Shown here piece by piece: positions 12,246 to 21,349 of a stretch of DNA of 42,368 nt. Positions within the stretch are counted from its first letter, which is position 1. Each line of letters opens with the position of its first letter. The notes under the pieces are model-generated. The model saw only the letters and a list, made by a program, of their open reading frames with translations. It searched no databases and was not told the origin of the DNA. The position numbers were made by a program, and so were the translations under genes. Source of the DNA: Rhodoluna sp. (GTDB lineage: Bacteria; Actinomycetota; Actinomycetes; Actinomycetales; Microbacteriaceae); contig JBJTHM010000004.1 of the NCBI GenBank assembly GCA_046094465.1, positions 1 through 42,368 of the forward strand, given 5' to 3'.

Positions 12246-13948
12246 TTCAATGCCTTTACGCTCAATATTCCCTGCGATGCACCTAAAAGTGTCATCTTAT
12301 CTACTGATCCCGCCACGGGAACGTAGAACAACATCATGTTCCGATAAACAATTTTGATTCCGGTAGCCGAACCTGGTGCATTAAGAAGGATCTTGTGATC
12401 CAGTTGCGTCACAGAAACTGCCGAACCTCTAACTTGGGGTCTGATAATAGAAGTGTCATCCATCGCAACTGCGATTAAGCCACCCGAATCAAGAGTGAGC
12501 ATTCCTAGGATATTTGGATCGCCCAGAGTGTGCTGGAATCGAATGGCTACCTTGGCTTTTTTCAATGACTCTCGCTGCTTTGCCTGAGTTTCCGAGACCG
12601 CAGCATAAAACTTATCTGAGATTAGGTTGAACTCTGGATAATACTTACTTGCCCCACCCTTATTCAAGGTGTCACCGTATTTGAACGGAATGCTGGTGAG
12701 CTTAGTGATCAAGTATTCGTTATCCGCAGCAACTGAAATCGCACCAATCTCCTGAGCCGCAACAGTTGGAAACTCAGCGGTAGGTAACAGATCGATCAGG
12801 TACCTGAGCTTGTAGTTCTCTCTTGGGCTTTCTTGATGCAACACCAGCATCTGTGGTGGCGTGACTGTTGAGTTAGATTTAGTGACAACCATAATGGTTC
12901 TTGGTTGCCAACCCAATTCAGCATCAGGTAACTGCATCGGCAGAGCAATACTCACCGGGCTAGCGATTATCTCGGGTAGTTTTGGAATCTTTTTGCTCTT
13001 AGTTTGCAAGAAATACTGCACCTTACGAAGATCCAGCGCAGGACCTGAAACCCTGGATATTAGTTTTCCTTGGTCTCGATTGGTATCTGCACTTTTTACC
13101 GTGGCAGCAACTTCTCGAACAATTCTCTGTAGCTGTGAATCAGTGACAACTACCTGAGTTGCCTTGACTAAACCAGACTCTTCACCCTGAGCTTGTGGGC
13201 TAGTGCAGCCTGCGAGCAGAGTAAGGCTAAGCACAGCAGGAACCAAGGCTATCTTGCTGTTTGCTCTTCTGCGACCCCTAGTTGGAACATCGGGTCTAAC
13301 TCGTGTTTTATATTTAGGACCCCTTGGGGCTTTGGGAATTCTTCTTCTAGGTCCACGAAGTTTTCTAATGTGGCGGAAAGCCCAGAAATTCAAAATCAAC
13401 CCAAGAACGAGAAGCCCTGAACCACCATAGATAAGTAGTAGTGGCCAATTGATCAGGTTGTTAACCTGCCAGAAAATCGAAACTGTGTCTGGAGCGTGCG
13501 CGTAACCATCGCTGGCTAGTAAAACGGCGGTGTCTTCTGCCATATTGACTTGAGTTTGGAGTTGATTTTTGACCTTGATGGCAGTGCGCCACATGTCGCT
13601 GCCTTCTGGGTTGGCATTTTCTCCCCCGGCGGTAATTACGGTCACATCTGGCTGCTCTTTACGGTCAACATTCAAACGGACAAAGTTGCTCGTCCCAATC
13701 CAGTCTTGGATGTCTCTTTCTCTGGCATCAGCGTAGAAGATCTCTTTTGTTCCTGTGGCTGAGACCGAAACCTCACCTGGAAATTTCTTGAGTACTGCAC
13801 TCGGGATTACCGCGTAGGAGTAGGCAGAATCTAGTTTGAAATCAACCCTGTGGTTATTTGCCGCCTCGTAGGGGCCCCTAATGGCAAAACCTAGAATTAC
13901 CGAAATAGCCGATAGCGCAAGGAGCACGCTGGCAATAACAAACCGCAT
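12242..13948 (-). CDS. Conserved membrane protein with internal lipoprotein-type signal (function unknown)
   Basis: 568-aa ORF with GAAAGGAG SD; N-terminal TM, second TM near aa 170-190, Arg/Lys/Pro-rich linker, hydrophobic stretch ending LLAG-C248. Confidence 0.7.
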   Translation of the reverse strand: MRFVIASVLLALSAISVILGFAIRGPYEAANNHRVDFKLDSAYSYAVIPSAVLKKFPGEVSVSATGTKEIFYADARERDIQDWIGTSNFVRLNVDRKEQPDVTVITAGGENANPEGSDMWRTAIKVKNQLQTQVNMAEDTAVLLASDGYAHAPDTVSIFWQVNNLINWPLLLIYGGSGLLVLGLILNFWAFRHIRKLRGPRRRIPKAPRGPKYKTRVRPDVPTRGRRRANSKIALVPAVLSLTLLAGCTSPQAQGEESGLVKATQVVVTDSQLQRIVREVAATVKSADTNRDQGKLISRVSGPALDLRKVQYFLQTKSKKIPKLPEIIASPVSIALPMQLPDAELGWQPRTIMVVTKSNSTVTPPQMLVLHQESPRENYKLRYLIDLLPTAEFPTVAAQEIGAISVAADNEYLITKLTSIPFKYGDTLNKGGASKYYPEFNLISDKFYAAVSETQAKQRESLKKAKVAIRFQHTLGDPNILGMLTLDSGGLIAVAMDDTSIIRPQVRGSAVSVTQLDHKILLNAPGSATGIKIVYRNMMLFYVPVAGSVDKMTLLGASQGILSVKALN

Positions 13949-14023
13949 CAGGCTCCTTTCAGGCTAAACTTGGGGGAAGTAGGACAACTCGTCTATTCTA
14001 CCGAAGCCGTTTAGGAGCGCCCC

Positions 14024-15115
14024 TTGGCAGCCGAAGAGACCGAATTCCCAGTGGTTATGCGGGGTTACGACCGCGCCACCATCGATGATGTGATTCGAGA
14101 CTACCGCCGAGAACTACTTAACCTCACTAACCTAAACAGCCAGTTGGTTCAGGAACTTCGAGAGTCCCAAAACCGCCTAATTGAGGTGGAGGCGGAACTA
14201 GCCGAGAACCAAAACCCCAGTTACGCGGGTGTCGGTGCTAAAGCTGCCCAGATTCTTGCAACCGCCGAAGAACTAGCCTTGAGGCTGGTTGCAGATGCCG
14301 AAAGTGAGCGTGAGGGTCTTCTAGCGGCTGCTAAAACAGCTGTTGAGCAGCAAAAAGCTGACGGCCAGGAATACTACGACCAACTCGTTGCCGAGGCTTC
14401 AAGGCGAGCCGATCGCATAATCAATTCGGCAAAGAATGACTACGACGAACTCATGGCAAAGGCAAAACTTGAAGCCGAACGCATCGTGGAAGATGCAGTT
14501 CGTGAGGCTGGAGCGATCCGAGGAGCCGTTTCAACTGAGGTTGCTCGAATGCGCGCCACCGCCAAGCGCGAGATTGAAGTCAAAGAGACCGAAGCTCAGC
14601 GTTCACTGGCGGAGCGAAGACTGATTGTTGAACGGCAGATCACCGGGCCAATCAGTCAGGCCCTGATGGATGCCCTATTGAGCGAGCAGGCACGTATTGA
14701 TTTGGAACTGGAGCTAACCGGTCGCAGAGCCGAGGCAGAGGCTGATTACCAACGTCGCTATCAGGATGCTGTTGCCAAGACACAGAAATATCTTGATGAT
14801 GCTAACGCTCAGTTATCAAATGCCTTAACTCGGGTCCAGGCAGCAAAGCTTGAGGCAGACACTCTTGAAGCGGGTGCAAGATCGATCAATAAGGCAAGTA
14901 CCGAGCAGGCTCGAGCCAAGGCAGAGCAAATTATCTCGGCGGCTGAGATTGAAGCGAGAAACATTATTGCAAGCGCTCAGTCCAAGGTTGCCCAGAGAAT
15001 TACGCAGCTCGAGGCCAGTGAGCGAAAGATTAAACATGAACGAGACAGCATCCTGGTTTATCTGGATAACCTAAGGCAGGTAATCGACCAGATTAGTAAA
15101 GACAGCCAAGCATAA
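14024..15115 (+). CDS. DivIVA-motif, Ala/Glu-rich coiled-coil protein (FilP/Scy-like), paralog of 5830..6888
   Basis: FPVVMRGYDRATID and PSYAGVGAKAAQILATAEE; TTG start after AGGAG SD. Confidence 0.8.
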   Translation: MAAEETEFPVVMRGYDRATIDDVIRDYRRELLNLTNLNSQLVQELRESQNRLIEVEAELAENQNPSYAGVGAKAAQILATAEELALRLVADAESEREGLLAAAKTAVEQQKADGQEYYDQLVAEASRRADRIINSAKNDYDELMAKAKLEAERIVEDAVREAGAIRGAVSTEVARMRATAKREIEVKETEAQRSLAERRLIVERQITGPISQALMDALLSEQARIDLELELTGRRAEAEADYQRRYQDAVAKTQKYLDDANAQLSNALTRVQAAKLEADTLEAGARSINKASTEQARAKAEQIISAAEIEARNIIASAQSKVAQRITQLEASERKIKHERDSILVYLDNLRQVIDQISKDSQA

Positions 15116-15120
15116 GGGGG

Positions 15121-16188
15121 TTGGAAGTGCAGGGACCAAATAACATTCGAATTAGCCACGCATATCAAATTGGACTCCTAGGTGCTCTTGGAGTTCTAAC
15201 AGCAATCATGATTGGCAATGCACTCTATTCAATAGCCAGCATCCTAACTTCAATTGTGACCGCGTTATTTATTGCTGTTGGCTTGGAACCAATCATCCAG
15301 CGTCTAGAAAAAGTGGTTAAGCGTCGGGCCTTGGCAATTTCAATTGTCGGTGTCGGCTTACTGGCAGTCATGACATCTGTGGTGATGGTTATTCTGCCAC
15401 CGCTGATAACCCAAACTACTGAGTTTGTCCGCCATCTACCCGAACTACTTCAAGGTTTAGTTGAACTACCTTGGCTAAATTCTTTGGATCAAAGATTTGG
15501 TGGGGCTATCAGTAATGCCCTTACTACCTCCGGAGAATTCCTAGCCGATAGCAAGAACTGGCCGAATCTTCTAGGTGGAGTGGTGCAGCTTGGTATCACC
15601 CTGTTCAACGGAGCTCTAGGTTTCCTGACTGTTTCAGTATTGACCATCTACTTCATGAGTTCGCTTCATTCCATCAAAAACGTTTTGGTAAACCTAGTTG
15701 CCAAGACCAAAAGACCCAAGGTTGGCAAAATGGTTGACCAGGTCATCTCATCAGTTGGTCGCTATGTGATGGGACAGGTCACTGTTGCGTCATTGAACGC
15801 CTCGGTGGTTTTTGTCACCCTGCTATTTGCCGGAGTGAAATACGCCGTAGTACTTGCCTTCATTGACTTCTTACTTGTCCTTATCCCAGTTGTTGGTTCG
15901 ATTTCCGGAGCATTATTGGTGATCACCATAACAGCCGCAACTATGCCACCGGAGACAACCATCACCGTTGCGGCCATAGTACTTATCTATACGCAGCTCG
16001 AAGCTTATTTCATCTCACCGAGAATAATGACCAAAGCAGTGAATGTCCCTGCGGCACTGGTCATGATATCAGCGCTAGCCGGTGGAGCGCTGCTTGGTAT
16101 CTTGGGTGCACTTTTAGCAATCCCAGTTGCAGCAACTGTCTTGCTAATCATTCGGGAAGTCTGGGTCCCGCTCCAAGATAAACGCTAA
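15121..16188 (+). CDS. AI-2E (PerM/UPF0118) family transporter
   Basis: Multiple TM segments; LIPVVG, QLEAYFISPRIM, GILGALLAIPVAA. Confidence 0.92.
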   Translation: MEVQGPNNIRISHAYQIGLLGALGVLTAIMIGNALYSIASILTSIVTALFIAVGLEPIIQRLEKVVKRRALAISIVGVGLLAVMTSVVMVILPPLITQTTEFVRHLPELLQGLVELPWLNSLDQRFGGAISNALTTSGEFLADSKNWPNLLGGVVQLGITLFNGALGFLTVSVLTIYFMSSLHSIKNVLVNLVAKTKRPKVGKMVDQVISSVGRYVMGQVTVASLNASVVFVTLLFAGVKYAVVLAFIDFLLVLIPVVGSISGALLVITITAATMPPETTITVAAIVLIYTQLEAYFISPRIMTKAVNVPAALVMISALAGGALLGILGALLAIPVAATVLLIIREVWVPLQDKR

Positions 16189-16898
16189 AAAAAATCTGGT
16201 AGTGGAGATTTACTTGGATTTACCACTCGGACAATTTCATCCAGCACACGCTTGGTAGATATCTCCCCCACCCAGAGGTGCTTGGCGTTAGCCACGTTAA
16301 CTAGTTCGATGTGATTGATGACGCTGAATCTTTCTGCTGCTTCTTCCGGTTGAAGATAATCATCGTTCTCGGGAATGAGTGCAACAAGGCGCTTGGTTGT
16401 TTCATTCCAACGCATTAGCTCTGCCTCGCTCGTTCTATGTAGTGGAGGTGATAGCAGAATTGCCCCGAGCACATTTAGTTCCGGCCCATACTTTAGAGCC
16501 AACTCTGTTCCAAAAGACCAGCCAACTAAATACACATTGGGTAAATTTCTAGAATGAACAAAATCAACAGCACTCACCACATCGAGCTTTTCTAGTTTTC
16601 CCCCATCAAACTCACCCTCACTCTTACCATGTGGTGACTCGGTGCCGCGAGTGTTGAATCTTAACACCGCTAAATCGGCAAGTGCTGGTAAACGATTACT
16701 GGCTTTACGGTAGATGTGTGAATCCATGAATCCACCGGCAATCGGAAGTGGATGGAGCATAACCAGAGTTGCAACCGGCTCTTTTTCAATAGGCAAGGCT
16801 AACTCAGCAACTAACTTTAGGTTATCCTCGGTGACCAGGCTGACCGCTTCTCTTTTGGATGGCAACTCAACCGATGATCTAATTTCGATTTGGCTCAA
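16185..16898 (-). CDS. Alpha/beta hydrolase
   Basis: HPLP..GGFMDSH, LRFNTRG, nucleophile elbow GWSFG, C-terminal KHLWVGE. Confidence 0.88.
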   Translation of the reverse strand: MSQIEIRSSVELPSKREAVSLVTEDNLKLVAELALPIEKEPVATLVMLHPLPIAGGFMDSHIYRKASNRLPALADLAVLRFNTRGTESPHGKSEGEFDGGKLEKLDVVSAVDFVHSRNLPNVYLVGWSFGTELALKYGPELNVLGAILLSPPLHRTSEAELMRWNETTKRLVALIPENDDYLQPEEAAERFSVINHIELVNVANAKHLWVGEISTKRVLDEIVRVVNPSKSPLPDFF

Positions 16899-17197
16899 AA
16901 CAGCCTGTCCTGAAACTTGTCCCAGCAGTTTGTGTGAAAGTGTCTACGCTTATCAGTACTACCGTGCGATTCCCAGGCAACGATGTGTGAGACACCAGCC
17001 CCAAAGGTGAGATGGCAGTGCGGGCAGATCCACTTTTTGCCCTCTTCAGCGGTTCTACCGGTGTGAGTCTGAACGGTGAACTCGATACCGTTTTTGATTA
17101 CGGTCTTTTTGACACCGTAGCGAAGTTGGTCAAGATCCTGCTCATCGTCTTGCGAGCTGTTTTTCTTGGAACCCTTGGGGCGGTTGTTTCTTGGCAT
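16895..17197 (-). CDS. Small conserved actinobacterial Cys/His protein (putative Zn-binding; Rv1322-like)
   Basis: MPRNNRPK start overlaps the upstream stop (TGATG); motif CPHC...H.VAW...RRHFHTNCW. Confidence 0.75.
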   Translation of the reverse strand: MPRNNRPKGSKKNSSQDDEQDLDQLRYGVKKTVIKNGIEFTVQTHTGRTAEEGKKWICPHCHLTFGAGVSHIVAWESHGSTDKRRHFHTNCWDKFQDRLF

Positions 17198-17856
17198 CAG
17201 TACCAATTGAATCTGTTTGAGTGAGCTAGAGCACCACAGGGTGCTCCGTAGCGATTTTTGATGTAGCTGATACCCCAGCGAATCTGGGTTTCAGGATTGG
17301 TCTGCCAGTCCGCACCCATCTCAGCCATCTTCGCCCCAGGCAGTGACTGAGGTATACCGTAGGCTCCTGAATCACGGTTATAGGCATTCCAGCGCCAGTT
17401 GGATTCCCGCTCCCAAAGCACCACTAGGCAGGAGTATTGATCTCTTCCCCAGCCTTGGCTAATGACTTGGGAGAAGGCGAATCCTTTCACCGAGCCGTTG
17501 GCAGGTGTTGCAGCATTAGCAACATATAGGGCGGCTGCCTCATCTCCTGTAACGATCTCCCAGCCACCTCTGGCATAGCTAATTTTCTGCTGGGAAGAAA
17601 AACCATAGGTTTGGGCATCGGCCGAGTTTTCAAAATCAAAAGCATAGGCGGATGAAAGTGATCCGCCGTATGGGTCAACAGCGGTGACAAGAACGTAGGA
17701 ACCGGCAAAGATGAAAGCAATTAGGCTAAAGGCTAGGTTGCGTAGTTTCTTAGCTAATTGAAGTTCCGCAAGTTTTTCTCCAAAATTCGAACCAAAGATT
17801 TTCTTGAGTATGCGTCTAGGTAGGGATTGCCTTACAAGCTCATAACGCCCCATCAT
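17197..17856 (-). CDS. Membrane-anchored lytic transglycosylase-like (lysozyme-fold) protein
   Basis: One TM, then CLVVLWERESNW (catalytic Glu), SGAYGIPQSLPG, NPETQIRWG..YI..RYG, C-terminal NWY. Confidence 0.88.
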   Translation of the reverse strand: MMGRYELVRQSLPRRILKKIFGSNFGEKLAELQLAKKLRNLAFSLIAFIFAGSYVLVTAVDPYGGSLSSAYAFDFENSADAQTYGFSSQQKISYARGGWEIVTGDEAAALYVANAATPANGSVKGFAFSQVISQGWGRDQYSCLVVLWERESNWRWNAYNRDSGAYGIPQSLPGAKMAEMGADWQTNPETQIRWGISYIKNRYGAPCGALAHSNRFNWY

Positions 17857-17880
17857 TCACCACCTTTGCTTCTAGCCTCA

Positions 17881-17889
17881 AGTTTACCA
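17881..17889 (-). promoter_or_regulatory. Extended -10 promoter for the transglycosylase gene
   Basis: Minus strand TGG-TAAACT, followed by SD AAGGTGGTGA and ATG. Confidence 0.5.
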
Positions 17890-17901
17890 AAGCGTGATGA
17901 T

Positions 17902-18549
17902 TTAGCCTGCTGGAATACGCCTGTCTGGACAGGTTTTGAGGACATTGAGCATAGCCTGACGTTCTGCTTGGGTGACCCAAAGCTTGTATTTGTATTTCAC
18001 GGCTATTTGTCGGGCAACATAGGGACATCTGAATGACTTGTTTGGTGGCAGCCAGCTGGCTGCATCGCTATCGCTTTTTTGCTGGTTGGTTGGTCCATCG
18101 ACCGCCAACAGATTCAGCGGATCGTTATAGAAGTTGTATCGCTGCCGTGAACTTAGTTTCTGAGCGCCTTTTTGCCAGGCATCACTAACTGCTACCACAT
18201 GGTCAATCTGAACTGCATTGGAAGTTCCGACACCCCTGACAAAGTTAATTGTTGCTCCGGTGTATGGGTCAACCAGAGTTCCAGTTCCAACAGTGCAATC
18301 CGGCGAAGCTCGCCAGGTGATGTTCTTTAGATCCCTAGCAAGGATGTAGTTTCTGGTATCGCAACCGCCGATTGAGCCCCAGCCATCGCTAAAAAGTGCT
18401 CGGTCATAACCAGTTTTGGGTGCTCTTCCTTTGATGGCCAACTTAGACAGAATTGTGGTGGCTTTCGGCTGGCTTGCCTCAACTTCGTATACGTTGAAAG
18501 CTATAACCATTACTAACGCAAGAGCGCTACCGAGTAATCGCCCCAACAA
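17902..18549 (-). CDS. Secreted HNH (DUF1524-type) endonuclease
   Basis: Signal peptide, GYDRALF, CDTRNYILARD, DPYTG, QIDHVVA, NDPLNLLAV...N..KSD. Start uncertain; TTG 18549 chosen because the ORF-track start at 18693 overlaps the upstream gene heavily. Confidence 0.85.
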   Translation of the reverse strand: MLGRLLGSALALVMVIAFNVYEVEASQPKATTILSKLAIKGRAPKTGYDRALFSDGWGSIGGCDTRNYILARDLKNITWRASPDCTVGTGTLVDPYTGATINFVRGVGTSNAVQIDHVVAVSDAWQKGAQKLSSRQRYNFYNDPLNLLAVDGPTNQQKSDSDAASWLPPNKSFRCPYVARQIAVKYKYKLWVTQAERQAMLNVLKTCPDRRIPAG

Positions 18550-19087
18550 TGCTCTGCCGTTGAATAAGTTCAACCACCTTGTCAATGAAGGCGTCAACCT
18601 GGTGTTCAGCATAACCACCCCTTTTTGTCTTGAAAACACTGATTCGAATATCCTGTGCCGTAACTGGGGCAGATCCATCAATGTGTTTTGCAACTTGGGA
18701 ACACAATAAGTCTACCTGTCTCCTGTTATAGCCACGATTCGGCCAGCGCCTTCTGGCAAAACGCTTCTTTTTCTTTCTGGAGATACGTTCACTAATTAGT
18801 TTTCTGAGCTCGTCAGTCTCAACGGTAAAAAGCTCAAGCCCTAGCTGATCGAAATTACTCTCAAGCTCACGCTGGGCAAAGACGTCTTCGAGTTTCTCCA
18901 TAGCCAGATCGACTGTAGAAATGGAGTAACCGTGCTTGACTAGGTCAAATCTTTGACCTCTGACATTTTTCACATCGATGACATCCGCTGTTGGATCTAA
19001 GTACTGTCTTTTAGCAAGATCCAGAAACTCATCAACCTGAGCTGGCGAGTAGCCAAGTTTTTGAGCTAGTGGGAAACGCTCAGCCAT
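18527..19087 (-). CDS. DivIVA-repeat protein (four GY-x4-VD motifs)
   Basis: GYSPAQVDEFLD, GYSISTVDLAME, GYNRRQVDLLC, GYAEHQVDAFID. Confidence 0.85.
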   Translation of the reverse strand: MAERFPLAQKLGYSPAQVDEFLDLAKRQYLDPTADVIDVKNVRGQRFDLVKHGYSISTVDLAMEKLEDVFAQRELESNFDQLGLELFTVETDELRKLISERISRKKKKRFARRRWPNRGYNRRQVDLLCSQVAKHIDGSAPVTAQDIRISVFKTKRGGYAEHQVDAFIDKVVELIQRQSIVGAITR

Positions 19088-19957
19088 TTAGAAAAACCTA
19101 ACTACGAAAATCATCATCAGATATCCAGTCAAACAAGCCGGCAACATCGAGTCAAGTCTGTCCATAATGCCACCGTGACCTGGAATCAAACTGGACATAT
19201 CCTTTACCCCCAAATCGCGTTTTATCAGCGACTCGGCAAAATCACCTAAAACAGCACTTAGTAAGACAACTGCGGCGATAACAAAGGCGAACCACCAGGG
19301 TAGTTTGAGTAACCAGCTGGTCTGCACCAGAGTACTAGCTAGAGCAAAAACCACTGAGACTAGAAAACCTTCCCAAGATTTCTTTGGGCTAACTTTCGGT
19401 AGCATCGGATGCCTACCGATTTTTCGACCGAACAGATAAGCACTGGAATCAATCAGGATCACTGTGGTCACAACTGTGATGACCCAGTACTTTCCTTCAA
19501 CCGATCCCGGTGAGGCTGGTTCTTTCATCATCAGAGCTGAAAAACTCAAAGTGAGTGGGATGTATATAACCACAAAGGCGGAAGCTGAGAAATCACGAAT
19601 GATCTCGCTGAAACTTCTCTCCAACGATGCGCGCTGAACTAAAAGCTCTGCCCCACGCCAAATCATCAGAGATGCAACAATAGCCAAGACGCTCAGCCAC
19701 TGGGCTCGTTCACCGCCGAAGTAGGTAAACGGCATGACTAGAAATGAACCAATTGCCACAGGAATTTTTGGGACCTGAAAGTTTTTTTGCCTGAGCGCCC
19801 CAGATAACTCCCAAGCCCCTAAAGCAGAGACGACCGCAATCAGCAGGATGAATAGCTCTTTTATTATCAGCACGGAAACTAGAAATGCCCCGGCAAGCAG
19901 GAGACCAAAAATAACCGCCTGGGAAAGCGATCTTCCTTTGCTCTCTGTTTCAGACAA
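19088..19957 (-). CDS. cdsA: Phosphatidate cytidylyltransferase
   Basis: SPKKSWEG, GDFAESLIKRDLGVKD, PGHGGIMDRLDS. Confidence 0.96.
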   Translation of the reverse strand: MSETESKGRSLSQAVIFGLLLAGAFLVSVLIIKELFILLIAVVSALGAWELSGALRQKNFQVPKIPVAIGSFLVMPFTYFGGERAQWLSVLAIVASLMIWRGAELLVQRASLERSFSEIIRDFSASAFVVIYIPLTLSFSALMMKEPASPGSVEGKYWVITVVTTVILIDSSAYLFGRKIGRHPMLPKVSPKKSWEGFLVSVVFALASTLVQTSWLLKLPWWFAFVIAAVVLLSAVLGDFAESLIKRDLGVKDMSSLIPGHGGIMDRLDSMLPACLTGYLMMIFVVRFF

Positions 19958-19959
19958 GA

Positions 19960-20520
19960 CTAAACCTCAAGCAGTTCGGTTTCTTTACGCTTTAGAGCGT
20001 CATCGATGTGATCAATCTGGGTTTTGGTAAGCGCTTCGAGTTCTTTTTCGGCACGAGCTAAATCGTCATCGCCAGCCAAACCGTCCTTCTTCAGAGCATC
20101 AAGTTCGTCTTTAGCCTTACGGCGGATGTTTCTAACCGAAACTCTGTGATCTTCAGCCTTGTTTCTAACAATCTTCACGTAGTCCTTGCGGCGTTCCTCA
20201 GTTAGTTCTGGAAGAGATACCCTAATTAGATTTCCATCGTTAGTTGGGTTAGCACCAAGGTTCGGCATACCCCTGATGGCTTTTTCAATCGCGGCAAGAG
20301 CGCCTTTGTCGTAGGGAGTGACCACGATAGTTCTCGCCTCGGGATTGGCAATCGAACCTAGGGACGAGAGAGCTGTCGGTGTTCCGTAGTAGTCCACCAT
20401 AAGTTTCTGAAACAGCGCAGGGTTTGCTCTACCGGAGCGAATCGTGGCAAAGTCTTCCTTAGCCGATTCAACAGCCTTGTGCATCTTCTCTGTTGCAGTA
20501 GCCAAAATATCTTGAATCAT
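19960..20520 (-). CDS. frr: Ribosome recycling factor
   Basis: [29 protein letters not shown]. Confidence 0.98.
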   Translation of the reverse strand: MIQDILATATEKMHKAVESAKEDFATIRSGRANPALFQKLMVDYYGTPTALSSLGSIANPEARTIVVTPYDKGALAAIEKAIRGMPNLGANPTNDGNLIRVSLPELTEERRKDYVKIVRNKAEDHRVSVRNIRRKAKDELDALKKDGLAGDDDLARAEKELEALTKTQIDHIDDALKRKETELLEV

Positions 20521-20537
20521 CTCTATTCCTTCTCGAA

Positions 20538-21248
20538 CTACGCCTTTACGGTCGTACCAATCTTTTTACCCAGAAGTGCCTTAGTAATATTTCCCTCGGG
20601 TTGCATACCGAAGATCACCATTGGAATGTTGTTATCCATGCAGAGGCTGAATGCGGTTGAATCAACTACTTTGAGTTTTTTCACCAGAGCTTCCTGATAG
20701 GTTAGCTCATCAAGTTTTTTAGCAGTTGGATCTTTCTTTGGATCAGCAGAGTAAACACCATCAACTCCGTTTTTAGCAACCAAAATTTCGGTGGCATGAA
20801 TCTCCAGCGCTCTTTGCGCAGCCACCGTGTCTGTGGAGAAATAAGGTAATCCAGCGCCCGCTCCGAAGATAACTACTCTGCCTTTTTCCATGTGTCTGAT
20901 TGCACGAAGTGGGATATAAGGTTCGGTCACCTGCGCCATAGAAATTGCTGACTGAACTCTGGTATCACAACCAGCCTGTTCCAAGAAATCCTGCAACGCT
21001 AGAGCGTTCATGACGGTACCCAACATACCCATGTAGTCAGCTCTGGCTCGATCCATCCCGCGTTGCGATAACTCGGCACCGCGGAAGAAGTTACCTCCAC
21101 CAACTACGATTGCGATTTGAACCTTTTTGGCAGCTTCAGCTATTTCCCTAGCTATCGCAGAAACGATATCTGGGTCTACCCCTAAGGTTCCTGCACCAAA
21201 TGCCTCACCGGATAATTTCAATAAAACACGACGCTGAGTTGATGGCAT
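20538..21248 (-). CDS. pyrH: UMP kinase
   Basis: [33 protein letters not shown] 21248 follows a GAGGG SD. Confidence 0.97.
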   Translation of the reverse strand: MPSTQRRVLLKLSGEAFGAGTLGVDPDIVSAIAREIAEAAKKVQIAIVVGGGNFFRGAELSQRGMDRARADYMGMLGTVMNALALQDFLEQAGCDTRVQSAISMAQVTEPYIPLRAIRHMEKGRVVIFGAGAGLPYFSTDTVAAQRALEIHATEILVAKNGVDGVYSADPKKDPTAKKLDELTYQEALVKKLKVVDSTAFSLCMDNNIPMVIFGMQPEGNITKALLGKKIGTTVKA

Positions 21249-21300
21249 TGCTATCCCTCTTTCAAAACCTTTTCTCATCTAGTTTAGGCTCTGGCTTAGC

Positions 21301-21333
21301 CAAAAGGCCCAGGTCTGGGACCTGAGCCTTTTG
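21301..21333 (-). terminator. Intrinsic terminator after tsf
   Basis: Minus strand AAAA-GGCTCAGGTC-CCA-GACCTGGGCC-TTTT: 10-bp stem with one G-U pair and a short U tract. Confidence 0.8.
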
Positions 21334-21349
21334 AACTAGTTTAGAAAAA

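Noticed and set aside
16187-16194. A8 homopolymer as a phase-variation tract
   Set aside because: It covers the last codons and stops of two convergent genes, so slippage would change little.
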